From positions 1 to 48,642 of the forward strand of contig JANNTZ010000269.1 of NCBI GenBank assembly GCA_031394595.1: a stretch of 48,642 nucleotides of DNA, in the 5' to 3' direction. The notes beneath the pieces are model-generated. The model searched no databases. It was not told the origin of the DNA and saw only the letters and a program-made list of their open reading frames with translations. A program made the position numbers and the translations under genes. This stretch comes from Acidobacteriota bacterium (GTDB taxonomy: Bacteria; Acidobacteriota; Polarisedimenticolia; Gp22-AA2). Shown here one piece after another: positions 28,500 through 43,277 of this stretch (positions are counted from its first letter, which is position 1; each line of letters begins with the position of its first letter).

Positions 28500-30584
28500 A
28501 TGGCATCGATCCGATCTCCACACGCGCGACCGGGCCGCTTCGTCATTGCGGCGTTCGTCGCCACCGTCCTCGGACTGGCGACCTCGGTTGCCGTCCCGGG
28601 ACCAGCACCCGCCGGGACCCACGCCTTCTCGGTGCACGACATGGTGGCGATGGAGCGGATCGGCGAGCCGCAGCCTTCCCCGGACGGACGGCGTGTCGTG
28701 TTTACCCGGCGCACCTACGATCCGGCGGCGGGGCGCGCCACGACCAACCTGTGGGTCGCCGGGATCGACGGTGGCGAGCCGCTCCGCCTGACGAACGCCA
28801 AGGCCTCCGACACTCATCCCCGCTGGTCCCCGGACGGCGGCACCATCGCCTTCATCTCCGACCGTTCGGGTTCGTCGCAGATCTGGAGCATCGATCCCGC
28901 GGGGGGCGAGGCGCGGCAGCGATCGACCTTCCCGATCGATGTGGACAACGTCGAGTGGTCACCCGACGGCACGCGCCTGGCGTTCACCGCGGAGGTCGTG
29001 ATCGATTGCCCGGACCTGAAGTGCACCGCCGCGCGCGACCAGGACCGCGACAAGGACCCGGTCAAGGCCCGCGTCTACACCCGGGTGCCGGTGCGCCACT
29101 GGGACACCTGGGAGGACAACAAGCGCAGCCACATTTTTGTCTGGCCCGTGGACGGCGGCACTCCGGTGGACATCATGAAAGGGGTTGACGCCGACGCCCC
29201 GCCGAAACCGTTTGGCGGCAGCGAGGAATTCGCCTGGTCGCCCGACGGGCGCTCGATCGCCTTCACGGCGAAGATCCGCGACGACGCCGCCTGGTCCACC
29301 GACCTCGACATCTACCTGGCGACCCTCGATGGCGGCGGCGTGCGCTGCTTGACCGAGCCCAACCAGGCGCAGGACTCGCAGCCGGTTTTCTCACCCGACG
29401 GCCGCAGCCTCGCCTGGCTGGCGATGGCGCGGCCCATGTACGAGGCCGACCGGATGCGGGTGACCGTCATGGACCTGGCCTCCCGTGCGACGCGCGTCGT
29501 GACCGACGCCTGGGACCGTTCGGCCGATTCGATGACGTGGACGCCGGACGGATCGCATCTCATCGTCACCGCCGGCGACCTGGGACGCAGCCGGATCTTC
29601 TCGGTCGAGGCTGCCACCGGCAAGGTGACGCCGATCGTCCAGGATCATTTCAACTCGGAGGTCGGGGTGGCCGGGAGCGATCGACTGGTCTTCCTGCAGG
29701 ACTCGTTGACCTCGCCGGCGGAGGTGCACACCGCGCGGCTGGACGGCGGCGACCTCCGGGCGCTGACCAGGGTCAACGCGCCGGGGTTGAAGGCGGCGCG
29801 GATGAGCACGCCGGAGGAGTTCTGGTTCAAGGGGGCGAAGGGGGACAAAGTGCACGGCTGGATCCTCAAGCCGGTCGACTTCCATCCCAAGAAGAAGTAC
29901 CCGGTCGCCTTTCTCATTCACGGCGGACCGCAGGGGGCGTGGGACGATCACTTCCATTACCGCTGGAACCCCCAGGCCTACGCGGGGGCCGGCTACGTCA
30001 CGGTAGCGATCAACTTCCATGGCAGCACCGGGTTCGGGCAGGCGTTCACCGACGCGATCCGGAAGAACTGGGGCGGCGCGCCGTACGAGGACCTGATGAA
30101 GGGGCTCGATCACGTGATCGCCACCTACGACTACATCGACGGCGACAGGGTCTGCGCCCTCGGCGCATCCTACGGTGGGTACATGGTCAACTGGATCGCC
30201 GGGCAGACCGACCGGTTCCGCTGCCTGGTGAGTCACGACGGCGAGTTCGATCTGCACGCCGGGTACTACACGACGGAGGAACTCTGGTTCCCGGAATGGG
30301 AGCAGGGCGGGCCGCCCTGGGTCCCGGAAAGCACCTACGACCGGTGGTCACCGGCAAACCACGTCACGAAATGGAAGACCCCGATGCTGGTGATCCACGG
30401 GGCCCGCGATTACCGGCTGCCCGACACCGAAGGACTTGCCACCTTCAACGCGCTGCAGCGGCGCGGCATCCCCTCGAAGTTCGTCCACTTCCCCGACGAG
30501 AACCACTGGGTCCTGAAGCCGGCCAACAGCATCTTCTGGCACGAGACGGTCCTGGCATGGCTGCACCAGTGGATGAAGGAGTAG
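28500..30584 (+). CDS. S9 family secreted peptidase (dipeptidyl peptidase 5-like) with PD40 propeller
   Basis: WSPDG repeats, IHGGPQ, GASYGG nucleophile, D in GARDYR, H in DENHW; RBS gaggagg. Confidence 0.93.
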   Translation: MASIRSPHARPGRFVIAAFVATVLGLATSVAVPGPAPAGTHAFSVHDMVAMERIGEPQPSPDGRRVVFTRRTYDPAAGRATTNLWVAGIDGGEPLRLTNAKASDTHPRWSPDGGTIAFISDRSGSSQIWSIDPAGGEARQRSTFPIDVDNVEWSPDGTRLAFTAEVVIDCPDLKCTAARDQDRDKDPVKARVYTRVPVRHWDTWEDNKRSHIFVWPVDGGTPVDIMKGVDADAPPKPFGGSEEFAWSPDGRSIAFTAKIRDDAAWSTDLDIYLATLDGGGVRCLTEPNQAQDSQPVFSPDGRSLAWLAMARPMYEADRMRVTVMDLASRATRVVTDAWDRSADSMTWTPDGSHLIVTAGDLGRSRIFSVEAATGKVTPIVQDHFNSEVGVAGSDRLVFLQDSLTSPAEVHTARLDGGDLRALTRVNAPGLKAARMSTPEEFWFKGAKGDKVHGWILKPVDFHPKKKYPVAFLIHGGPQGAWDDHFHYRWNPQAYAGAGYVTVAINFHGSTGFGQAFTDAIRKNWGGAPYEDLMKGLDHVIATYDYIDGDRVCALGASYGGYMVNWIAGQTDRFRCLVSHDGEFDLHAGYYTTEELWFPEWEQGGPPWVPESTYDRWSPANHVTKWKTPMLVIHGARDYRLPDTEGLATFNALQRRGIPSKFVHFPDENHWVLKPANSIFWHETVLAWLHQWMKE

Positions 30585-30586
30585 GG

Positions 30587-30904
30587 TTACTTCTCTTCCT
30601 TCGAGACGTCCTCGGCCCACGAGAGCGCCGCCATCATGGAGGGGAAGCCGATGGTGGTGGTCGCGAGCAGGATCACGTGGCGGCATTCGTCGATCGTCGC
30701 CCCGGCCTCCAGCGAGCGGCGGACGTGGGAGTGGACCGCGCCTTCGAGGCGTCCGCCGACGGCGATCCCCAGTTTCACCAGCGCCTGGGTTTTCGCGTCG
30801 AGCGGCCCCGCTTTGCGGAGGGCGTCCCCGAGGCCCTCGTACGACTTGAAGACGGCCGGAAATCGCTTCCCCTGTTCCTCGTACCAGCCCGGAATCTTTC
30901 CCAT
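30587..30904 (-). CDS. Carboxymuconolactone decarboxylase/AhpD-family protein
   Basis: GPLDAKT..LVKLGIA.....EGAVHSHVRR.LEAG.T..E..H......TTIGFP; RBS aggag. Confidence 0.88.
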   Translation of the reverse strand: MGKIPGWYEEQGKRFPAVFKSYEGLGDALRKAGPLDAKTQALVKLGIAVGGRLEGAVHSHVRRSLEAGATIDECRHVILLATTTIGFPSMMAALSWAEDVSKEEK

Positions 30905-30926
30905 GCGCTCCTCCTGAATGCGGCGA

Positions 30927-32165
30927 TTATGCCTCAAGGTTGCCCGGAGCAGGGCCGCCGGCGCGGACCCGCGACAGGAGAAGCAGGCCGAGGACGAAAA
31001 AGACGCCGACCGCCAGCACACCCGCCCTCTGGTCACCGCCCGTGGCCTGGGAGATCCCCCCGAACACGAGCGGTCCCAGGATGGCGGCGCTCTTGCCGCA
31101 CAGTGCGTAGAAGCCGAACATCTCGGCTTCCATGCCGCGCGGAATGAGCGACGCCATGAAGGCACGGCTGGCGGCCTGGACCGCCCCGAGACCGGTGCCG
31201 GCGAGCACCGCGACCACGAAGAACTGTGTCTGGGTGCGGACCGCGTAACAGAGCAGCACCACCACGATCCACTGCGCCAGGACGATCATCACCACGCGCC
31301 GCGGGCCCAGCCGATCGGTCGGCCCGGCCCAGGCGAAGGCACCGGCCAGGGCCGACACCTGCACGACCGCGAACAGCAGCACCAACTGCGTCATGCTGAA
31401 GCCGAGGGTCCGGGCGGCGAAGATCGCCGAGAACGCCACGACGGTGTTCACCGCATCCTCGTAAATGAAATAAGCCGCCAGGAACCGCCGCAGATCTCGC
31501 AGCGCCAGGATGCGGCGGAAGGTCGCCAGCACGCCGGCGAACCCTTCGCGCGCGGCACGCCAAGCCGGCACCCCCTGCGACGGCGCGCGTGGCAGGAACA
31601 GCATCGCCGGCAGTGCCGCGACCGCGAACAATGCCGCGGTCATCAGGAAGGCGCCCGCCGGACGGCCGGCGCGAACGAACGGCAGGGCCGCGATTAGCGC
31701 CACCAGTGACCCGAGGTACCCGGCGGCAAAGCCATACCCGGAAATGCGGCCGCGGCGGTCGGGAGGGGCGATCTCCGGCAGCCAGGCGTTGTAGTAGACC
31801 AGCGCCCCCTCGAAGCCGATGTTTCCCAGGACACCGAGGACGAACCCCCAGATCACCATCCCCTCCTGGACGGTGGCCATCAGGGCTGTGGCGCCGACCG
31901 CCAGGGCGGTCATTGCGACCAGGAGACCGCGGCGCACACCGGCGCGGTCGGCGATGCCGCCGAGAAACGGCGACGCGATGGCGACGATCGCCATCGACAA
32001 CGCGATCACCCGTCCCCACCAGAGATCTCCCTCGCCCCGGTCGTTCCCGACCACCACCTGCGCGTAGTAGGCGGCGTAGATGGTGGCGAGGATGACGGCG
32101 GCGAAAGACGAGTTGGCGAAGTCGTACGACACCCAGGCGGCCAGGACGCGGCGATCAATCGCCAT
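30927..32165 (-). CDS. MFS transporter, UMF1/Atg22-like
   Basis: W..YDFANS, VYYNAWLP, GRISGYG...GY.G, QAASR, FGFY...GK...LGP; 12 TM helices. Confidence 0.88.
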   Translation of the reverse strand: MAIDRRVLAAWVSYDFANSSFAAVILATIYAAYYAQVVVGNDRGEGDLWWGRVIALSMAIVAIASPFLGGIADRAGVRRGLLVAMTALAVGATALMATVQEGMVIWGFVLGVLGNIGFEGALVYYNAWLPEIAPPDRRGRISGYGFAAGYLGSLVALIAALPFVRAGRPAGAFLMTAALFAVAALPAMLFLPRAPSQGVPAWRAAREGFAGVLATFRRILALRDLRRFLAAYFIYEDAVNTVVAFSAIFAARTLGFSMTQLVLLFAVVQVSALAGAFAWAGPTDRLGPRRVVMIVLAQWIVVVLLCYAVRTQTQFFVVAVLAGTGLGAVQAASRAFMASLIPRGMEAEMFGFYALCGKSAAILGPLVFGGISQATGGDQRAGVLAVGVFFVLGLLLLSRVRAGGPAPGNLEA

Positions 32166-32377
32166 CGGCAGTAGTCAGGCGCGGCGCCCTTGCGGGCCCG
32201 TGCTCCTGAATCCTCCTTTCAAACCTGCGTTCAGCTTGGCGACGAGTTGTCGTGCCTTTTCAGAATCCCGCAAACTGAGGATACTTTAGGCTCATGCCTG
32301 CTTGCACCCATCGTCAAAGGCCCATTGCGCGTGGTCCAATTCCGGACTCATGCCAGCAACGGCGGAGACAGCTACTC

Positions 32378-32938
32378 ATGCGAAACAAGGTGCTGGTTCC
32401 GGTGATCGTATCCCTGATGTCCTCCATCCTGATGTGTGCACGGGGTGCCCGCGATGACAGAGTCGTGCAGGTCATGGCGACCCCGACGACTGCCGAGATT
32501 CGCCGACTGATCCAGGCGAAAGGAGCGAAGGAGACGCTTGCCGACCTGACGGCCGACACAGGGAGGTGGGACGGGGTACTCGATAGGATGGCGAACGGCG
32601 AACAGGAGTGGCTGGAGATCATGATCGAGCTCTACAAGGGTTCAGATGGGGGCGCGGCGTTGGATCTTGGGATCGTCGCCGCGGAGGCACTGGCGGCAGA
32701 ACCTGAGCGAGTCCTCGAAGTGTTGGAGCCCGTTTTTGGATTTGAAATCCTGTGTCTGAATGAATCGAGTGTGGGCGTCGACTTTCAGGCCGCAGTCCAG
32801 AAAATCAAGACTCGCCGGTTGGCAGTCAGCGGCGTCCGTGATCTCAAGCTGTCGAAGCAGCGCGCTCGGTGCCTCACAATGCTTGAAAGCCTCGAACAGG
32901 AGATCCGATCTGCAAAAGCGCGAGGGGACATGGAGTGA
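32378..32938 (+). CDS. Exported hypothetical protein in a lower-GC patch
   Basis: RBS ggag; hydrophobic N-terminus; more A/T-ending codons than its neighbours. Confidence 0.6.
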   Translation: MRNKVLVPVIVSLMSSILMCARGARDDRVVQVMATPTTAEIRRLIQAKGAKETLADLTADTGRWDGVLDRMANGEQEWLEIMIELYKGSDGGAALDLGIVAAEALAAEPERVLEVLEPVFGFEILCLNESSVGVDFQAAVQKIKTRRLAVSGVRDLKLSKQRARCLTMLESLEQEIRSAKARGDME

Positions 32939-33206
32939 CAAAATACAGGCTTCGGGGCGCGGCCACGATCGGCCACCGATCCGGGTTCCGTGCGGTCCAC
33001 CGGGCGACTCCGACCGACCAGTTGGTCGGGGTCCCGCCGCCGACCGGGACGCGTCTGTTCGCCGTGGGTGAGGTGGGATGAAGTGAACTACGGGTGGTGC
33101 GGCACCAACTGCACTTCGTTCGCCGTCAACCGCGTCCCGGTCGGCGTGGATTGGAACGTCGTCGTGGGCCCCCGGGTTCCATCGAGGCGGCGGCCGCTGC
33201 CGGCGC

Positions 33207-35014
33207 TCATGCCCCGATCTCCGATCGGCCCGGGTCCACTTCGTTCAGGATGACAATCGGCACCCGGCGCTCCCCTGCCGGTTCGAGCCGCACGTTGCCG
33301 GTCCCCGCCGACCGGGTCGCCTGCGGCGCTGCGTCACGCGCCTCTCCCTCTTCGGCGGAGGTCGGCCGCGGTCCCACAGTCAGCGGATCGCCGGATCGGC
33401 GCAGCAACAGGCCGTACTCGTACGATTCGACGATCGCCTTGAGGGTCGCCGCGATGATGTTCGGGTCCACCCCGGTCGTGCTCCAGGCGGTTCGGCCGTC
33501 GCTGGTCTCGACGTGCACCCGGGTCCGGGCGGCGGTGCCGTCGTGACCGTCGAGGATCCGGACCTTGAAATCGGCGAGATGGAACTCGCGGATCTCCGGG
33601 TAGACACCGCCGAGGGCGGCGCGCAGCGCCTGGTCGAGGGCGTGCGCCGGACCGACACCGAGACTGGCGGCGTGCGCCTCGTCCTTGCCGACACGCACCC
33701 GCACGGTCGCCTCCGGCGGGCGGCCGGCCGCCAGCAGGACGTGGTAGTCCACCATCTCGAAATAGCGCGGCCGGCGCCCCAGCGCCTCGAGGACCAGCAG
33801 CGTGAACGACCCCTCGGCGTCCTCGAACTGGTACCCCTGGTACTCCAGTTCCTTGATCCGATCGACCAGCACGCGCATCGTCTCGGGCCGCCCCGAAAGA
33901 TCGATCCCGAGGGACCGGGCGCGGTTCAGGACGTTGCTCGAACCCATCTGGTCGGAGACCAGCACGCGTGTGACGTTGCCAACGTCGGCCGGCTCGATGT
34001 GCTCGTAGGCGCGGCGGGTTCGCTCGATGGCGCTGACATGGATGCCGGCTTTGTGGGTGAAGGCGCTGCGGCCGACGAACGCCTGGTGGCTGTTCGGGAT
34101 CCTGTTGGCGACTTCGCTGACGAAACGGGCGGTCGGCGTCAGTCGCGGCAGCCGCCCCTCCGGCAGCGTTTTCAGTCCCATCTTCAACTCCAGGTTCGGG
34201 ATGACCGAGCAGAGGTTGGCGTTGCCGCAGCGCTCGCCGATGCCGTTGATCGTCCCCTGCACGTGACGCGCCCCGGCGGCGACCGCCGCCAGCGAGTTGG
34301 CCACCGCCAGCTCGCCATCGTTGTGGGCGTGGATGCCGATCGGCACGGTGCCGAGACGCGACGCCGCCACCAGGACGGCCGCGCGCGCACCTGCGCCGGC
34401 AGCGTCCCGCCGTTGGTATCGCACAGGACAATCCGGTCGGCGCCGGCTTCCGCCGCCGCCAGGATCGTCAGGATGGCGTACTCCGGGGCGTCGCGATGCC
34501 CGTCGAAGAAATGCTCGGCGTCGTAGATCACCTGCCGTCCGGTCTCCTTCAGGAAACGGACCGATTCGGTGATCATCGCCAGGTTCTCCTCCTGCGTGGT
34601 ACGCAGCGCCTCGCGCACGTGGAAGTCCCACGACTTCCCGAAGATCGCCACCCAGGGGGTGCCGGCGTCGACCAGCGCCTTCAGACCCGGGTCGCGGTCG
34701 GCGGCGATCCCGGCGCGGCGCGTGCTGCCGAAGGCGACCAGACGCGTGTGTTCGAGCGGCGTGCCGGCGGCGCGCTGGAAGAACTCGACGTCCTTCGGAT
34801 TGGCGCCGGGCCAGCCGCCCTCGACGAAGTCGACCCCCAGCCGGTCGAGCGCCTTCAGGACCTTGAACTTGTCTTCGACCGACCAGGAGATCCCCTCGCT
34901 CTGCGCCCCGTCGCGCAGGGTGGTGTCGTAAATCTCGATGCGCCCGGTGCCACGGTCGCGGTCGGGCCGGTATTCGGAGACCGGCGGCGGGATCGGCCGG
35001 ATCGTCTCAGACAT
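33207..35014 (-). pseudogene. cimA: Citramalate synthase split by a frameshift near 34385
   Basis: 5' frame [39 protein letters not shown]; 3' frame [37 protein letters not shown]; frames switch inside a (GC)n run at 34380-34388. Confidence 0.85.
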
Positions 35015-36008
35015 GGGTGAGCCACTCTGCGTAGAGCGGCGCCCGCCCGCGGACGCAGTCGAAGTAGAGACGCTGCAGCCGCGCCGTGACGCCGTCGGCC
35101 GGGCGATCGGGCAGAGTCCGATCGTCGAGCGCCGAAACCGGCGTCACTTCCGCCGCCGTGCCGGTCAGGAACACCTCGTCGGCGGCGAACAATTCGTCGG
35201 GACCGAACGGCCGGACCGCGACGCGGATCCCGAGATCCCGTGCCAGACGCAGGACGCTGTCGCGGGTGATCCCCGGGAGGATATTGGAAGTCTCGTCGTT
35301 GGTGATCATGACCCCGTCCTTGACGAAGAAGACGTTCTCGCCGGTCGCCTCGGCCACCGTGCCGTCGGCGTTCAGGAGGATCGCCTCGGCGGCGCCGCGC
35401 GCCGCCGCCTCCTGCGCCGCCAGGATCGAATTGGTGTAGTGACCCGACCCCTTTACCGTCGGCGGCAGCATCGTCCGGTCGAACTTGCGCCAGGTCGCGA
35501 TCGCCACCTTGATGCCACGCGCGATCCCCTCGTCGCCGAGGTAGGCCCCGAGCGGCCGCACCGCGATGAACATCTCGGTCGGGCAGGTGCTCTTCGGAGT
35601 CAGGTGGATCGGGCCTTCGCCGAAAAACGCCAGCGGCCGCATGTAGGCGTTGCGCACACCGTTGGTGCGCACGACCTCGCGGGCCGCCGCGACCAGGGCC
35701 GCCGTGTCGTACGGCACCCGCAGACCGTAGCAGAGCGCCGAGGCCAGCAGCCGCCGCATGTGGTCCTCGAGCCGGAACAGGGCCGGCCCGCGGGAGGTCT
35801 CGTAGCAGCGGATCCCCTCGAACACCCCGCTGCCGTAATGCAGGGCGTGGGTGAAGTAGTGGACCCGGAGGTCGGCGGTGCGGACCAGGCTGCCGTTGAC
35901 CCACACCCACGGAGCGTGCGTCTCGGTCCCGGGTGTCAGGCGGCTCTCCGCCCCGGCACCCGGTCCGCTCTGGGCCCCTTCCACGATCGCCACGCGTCCC
36001 TCGTTCAT
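35007..36008 (-). CDS. ilvE: Branched-chain amino acid aminotransferase
   Basis: HALHYGSGVFEGIR, K..G.Y.NS, EATGENVF, ILPGITR, EVFLTGTAAEVTP; alternative TTG start at 36032. Confidence 0.94.
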   Translation of the reverse strand: MNEGRVAIVEGAQSGPGAGAESRLTPGTETHAPWVWVNGSLVRTADLRVHYFTHALHYGSGVFEGIRCYETSRGPALFRLEDHMRRLLASALCYGLRVPYDTAALVAAAREVVRTNGVRNAYMRPLAFFGEGPIHLTPKSTCPTEMFIAVRPLGAYLGDEGIARGIKVAIATWRKFDRTMLPPTVKGSGHYTNSILAAQEAAARGAAEAILLNADGTVAEATGENVFFVKDGVMITNDETSNILPGITRDSVLRLARDLGIRVAVRPFGPDELFAADEVFLTGTAAEVTPVSALDDRTLPDRPADGVTARLQRLYFDCVRGRAPLYAEWLTHV

Positions 36009-36028
36009 CGGCAACGGCTCCGCGTCGT

Positions 36029-37057
36029 TCAATTCCGGCTCCGATCCACCAGACGGTTGCGCCCGAGCCACGGCATCATCGCCCGCAGCTGCTCCCCCAC
36101 CCGCTCGATCAGGTGTTCGCGCCCGGCCGCCTCCAGTCGCTTGAAGTTCGGCTTGCCGGCGCGGTGCTCGGCCATCCACTCGTCCGCGAACTTGCCCGAC
36201 TGGATGTCGGCCAAAAGCTCCTTCATGACCCGTCGCGCCTCCGGTCCGATGACCCGTGGCCCGCGCGTCAGGTCGCCGTACTCGGCGGTGTTGCTGACCG
36301 AGTAGCGCATCGTGCCGATGCCGCCCTCGTACATCAGGTCGACGATCAGCTTCATCTCGTGCAGGCACTCGAAGTAGGCCATCTCGGGCGGGTACCCGGC
36401 TTCCACCAGGGTCTCGAAGCCGGCGCTGATCAGCGACGTCAGCCCGCCGCACAGGACCGCCTGCTCGCCGAACAAATCGGTCTCGGTTTCGTCCTTGAGC
36501 GTGGTCTCGATGATCCCGGCGCGCCCGCCGCCGATGGCGCACGCGTACGCGAGTCCCACACCCTTGGTGTCGCCGGACGGGTCCTGGTGCACCGCCAGGA
36601 GCATCGGCACGCCGCCCCCCTTGGTGAACTCGTGACGGACCAGGTGCCCCGGCGCCTTGGGGGCGACCATGAAGACGTTGACGCCGGCCGGCGGCACGAT
36701 CTTCCGGAAGTGCACCGAGAAGCCGTGCGCCACGGCGAAGTACTTCCCCGCCGTCAGCCCGGCGGCGATGTCGCGGTCCCAGGTCTCCGGCGCCATCTCG
36801 TCCGGGACCAGCATCATGACGATGTCGCCCCAGCGCGCCGCCTCGGCGGTGTCCAGGACCCGAAGCCCGGCCGCCTCCGCCTTGGGGCGGCCGGCGCTGC
36901 CCGGCCTCAGACCGACACGCACCTCGTGCCCGGAGTCCTTCAGGTTCAGGGCGTGCGCATGCCCCTGGCTGCCATAGCCGAGGATGGCGATCTTCCGCCC
37001 CTTGAGTTTCGCCGGGTCGGCGTCCTTGTCGTAGTAGATGTTCAGCTTGCGTTCCAC
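36029..37057 (-). CDS. ilvC: Ketol-acid reductoisomerase
   Basis: [46 protein letters not shown]. Confidence 0.96.
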   Translation of the reverse strand: MERKLNIYYDKDADPAKLKGRKIAILGYGSQGHAHALNLKDSGHEVRVGLRPGSAGRPKAEAAGLRVLDTAEAARWGDIVMMLVPDEMAPETWDRDIAAGLTAGKYFAVAHGFSVHFRKIVPPAGVNVFMVAPKAPGHLVRHEFTKGGGVPMLLAVHQDPSGDTKGVGLAYACAIGGGRAGIIETTLKDETETDLFGEQAVLCGGLTSLISAGFETLVEAGYPPEMAYFECLHEMKLIVDLMYEGGIGTMRYSVSNTAEYGDLTRGPRVIGPEARRVMKELLADIQSGKFADEWMAEHRAGKPNFKRLEAAGREHLIERVGEQLRAMMPWLGRNRLVDRSRN

Positions 37058-37095
37058 GTCGGCTCCCCCCATCCCATTCAGTCCGGCGATCTCCT

Positions 37096-37682
37096 TCAGA
37101 CCGCCGATTCCGCCTCCGGCACGTCGTTCACCACACCCCCGTTGACCACCGCGTCGGTGCCGGTCGCCGTCCGCACCGTGGCGACCTCGCTGATCCGCGG
37201 GATCGCCACCGTCCCGGTCCGCACGATGTCGCGGATCCCGAGCGGACGCACCAGATCGAGCAGCGCCTCCACCTTGTCCTGGCTGCCGGTGGTCTCGACG
37301 GTGATGGCGTCCGGCGCGATGTCGATCACCTTGGCGCGGAACACATGCACCAGGTTGAGGACCTCCTGCCGCGCCGCCGGGTCGGGCGTGTTGACGATCA
37401 ACAGCGCCATCTCGCGTTCGACGTGGTTGACCTGGTTGAGATCGACGACCTCGCGGACCCGCACCAGCTTGCCGACCTGTTTGAGGATCTGTTCGATGAT
37501 CGCCTCGCTGCCGGCGGTGGTCAGGATGATCTTCGAGAACGCCGGGTCGGGTGTCGGCGCGACGCACAGCGTGTCGATGTTGTAGCCCCGCCCCGAGAAC
37601 AACCCGACGATCCGGCAAAGCTCGCCGAAGCGATTCTCCACCAGGATCGACAGGATGTGGCGGTGCAATCCGTTCGTGCCGT

Positions 37683-37686
<4 letters not shown>
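37096..37686 (-). CDS. ilvN: Acetolactate synthase small regulatory subunit
   Basis: [35 protein letters not shown]; ATGA overlap with ilvB. Confidence 0.93.
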
Positions 37687-39562
<1,876 letters not shown>

Positions 39563-39566
<4 letters not shown>

Positions 39567-40693
39567 CGCCCGCCTCCGGTCACGGCATCCGTGCGTCGTC
39601 CGCCGGCCGGGGCGGCTGCCATCGCCCGGCGCACCGCGGCACCCATCTCGGACGTCGAGAGCTTCTTTTCCCCGCCACGCGCCAGGTCGGTGGTCCTGGC
39701 GCCGTCGTGCAGGACCCGGTCGACCGCCGCTTCGATCCGGGCGGCCGCCTCCGGCAGATGCAGCGAGTGACGCAGCAGCAGCGCCGCCGACAGGATCGCC
39801 GCCAGCGGGTTGGCGATGCCACGGCCGGCGATGTCGGGCGCCGATCCGTGCACCGGCTCGTAGAGCCCCGGCCCCTCGCCCAGGCTCGCCGATGGCAGCA
39901 TGCCGATCCCGCCGGCCAGCATCGCCGCTTCGTCGCTCAGGATGTCGCCGAACAGGTTTTCGGTCAGGATGACGTCGAAGTCCGCCGGACGCGCCACGAG
40001 CTGCATCGCCGCGTTGTCGACGTACAGGTGGTCGAGCCGGACATCCGGATAGCCCTTGGCGGTTTCCTCCACCACCTCGCGCCACAACTGCGAGGTTTCC
40101 AGGATGTTGGCCTTGTCCACCGAAGTCACCTGTCGCTTCCGGCCGCGGGCGGTCTCGAACGCCACCCGGGCGATCCGCCGGATCTCGCCGGCGCTGTAGG
40201 TCATGGTGTTGCGCGCCCGGCGTCCCTCGCCGGTCCCCTCGAGACCCCGCGGCGTCCCGAAGTAAAGGCCACCGGTCAGCTCGCGCACGATCACCAGGTC
40301 GGTGCCACCGACGATCTCGGGCCGCAGGGGTGAAGCGCCGATCAACGCCGGGTGCAACCGCACCGGCCGGAGATTGGCGAACACTCCCAGCTCCTTGCGC
40401 AGCCCCAGGAGTGCCTGCTCCGGCCGCTGATCGCGCGGCAGCCGGTCGTGCCGTTGGCTGCCGACGGCCCCCAGCAGCACGGCATCCGCGCCGCGGGCGG
40501 CGGCGAGCGTCGGCTTCGGTAATGGCGCCCCGTCGCGATCGATCGCCGCCCCGCCGACGGCATGCTCCACCAGATCGAGACGCACCCCTTCCGAAGCGGC
40601 GGCTTCGCGCAGAACCTGCGCCGCCTCGGCGATCACCTCGGGGCCGATGCCGTCCCCCGGCAGGAGGACGATCCGGCGTGCCGTCTCAGGCAC
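39563..40693 (-). CDS. leuB: 3-isopropylmalate dehydrogenase
   Basis: [54 protein letters not shown]. Confidence 0.96.
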
Positions 40694-41189
40694 TCGATCC
40701 CCCTGTCGTCTGCCTCAGCACGTAGGGCAGCAGCCCTCCCGCCTCGAGGATGTCGAGGGCGAAGGGGGTGAACGGCACGTAGCCGAATGCCGTGCCGCGG
40801 CTGAGGTTGCGCACCACGCCGTCCTTCAGGTCGATCTCGACCAGGTCACCGTCGCGGATCCCGTCCACCGCCGCGGGGCATTCGATGGCGAGAAAGCCGT
40901 TGTTGAGGGCGTCCCGGAAGAAGGCCGGGGCGAACGATTTCGCCACGACCGCGGCCACCCGGGCACTCGCGAGGGCCCGCACCGCCGCCTCGCGCGCCGC
41001 CCCGGAACCGAACTCCTGGCCGCTCACGATGATGTCGCCGCGAGCGGTGCGTTCGGCGAATTCGGGGTCGATCCCGGCCATGGCGTGACGGCCGAGGTCG
41101 GCCTCGCCGGCCGATCCCTGGAAGCGCGCCGGAAGGATCTCCTCCGTGGTGATACGGTCCCGTTCGAAAAGGTGCGCTCTGCCTCTCAT
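40686..41189 (-). CDS. leuD: 3-isopropylmalate dehydratase small-subunit homolog (LeuD/HacB type) with degenerate catalytic motifs
   Basis: RBS aaggag; overall LeuD fold pattern ending ILEAGGL; GSSRE is replaced by GAARE and ARIFxRN by APAFFRD. Confidence 0.75.
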   Translation of the reverse strand: MRGRAHLFERDRITTEEILPARFQGSAGEADLGRHAMAGIDPEFAERTARGDIIVSGQEFGSGAAREAAVRALASARVAAVVAKSFAPAFFRDALNNGFLAIECPAAVDGIRDGDLVEIDLKDGVVRNLSRGTAFGYVPFTPFALDILEAGGLLPYVLRQTTGGSSA

Positions 41190-41340
41190 GATGGTCGTCT
41201 CCTTGCGGGCCTCCATCCCGCTCCGGCCGCCGCTCCGGCGGCGGCCGTTCGAAACCGCGGTCTTTCCTGCCGCCGGCGGCCGGCCCGGGAACAACCCCGT
41301 GCCAGCCTCCCCCTCCGGCGGCAGAAAGGACCGCGGGGGA

Positions 41341-41398
41341 AAAATTAAGCGCAGGCCATGGTGTCCGGCTGCCCTGAGGCTGGCCGGACCGGCCTGCG

Positions 41399-41400
<2 letters not shown>
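41341..41400 (-). terminator. Terminator-like hairpin directly after leuA
   Basis: agcgcaggcc...ggcctgcgct outer stem with an inner gtccggc/gccggac stem, followed by TAATTTTT on the minus strand. Confidence 0.55.
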
Positions 41401-43114
<1,714 letters not shown>

Positions 43115-43277
43115 CGAGGCTTCCCCGCCTTCACCCGATGGGGCTGATATACGGGTCGATCCGGTGTCGGTCAACTTGATTCTCCCCGGCCTGCGCCACG
43201 AGTTTCACATTACGGCACTCGCGTCACCAAGCCGTCACGCGTGCTCCGGAGTCGCTCGAACGACAAACGTGACGCGT

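Noticed and set aside
33088-33210. 40-aa ORF coupled by ATGA to the cimA stop
   Set aside because: Short, no recognisable motif; could be chance or a remnant
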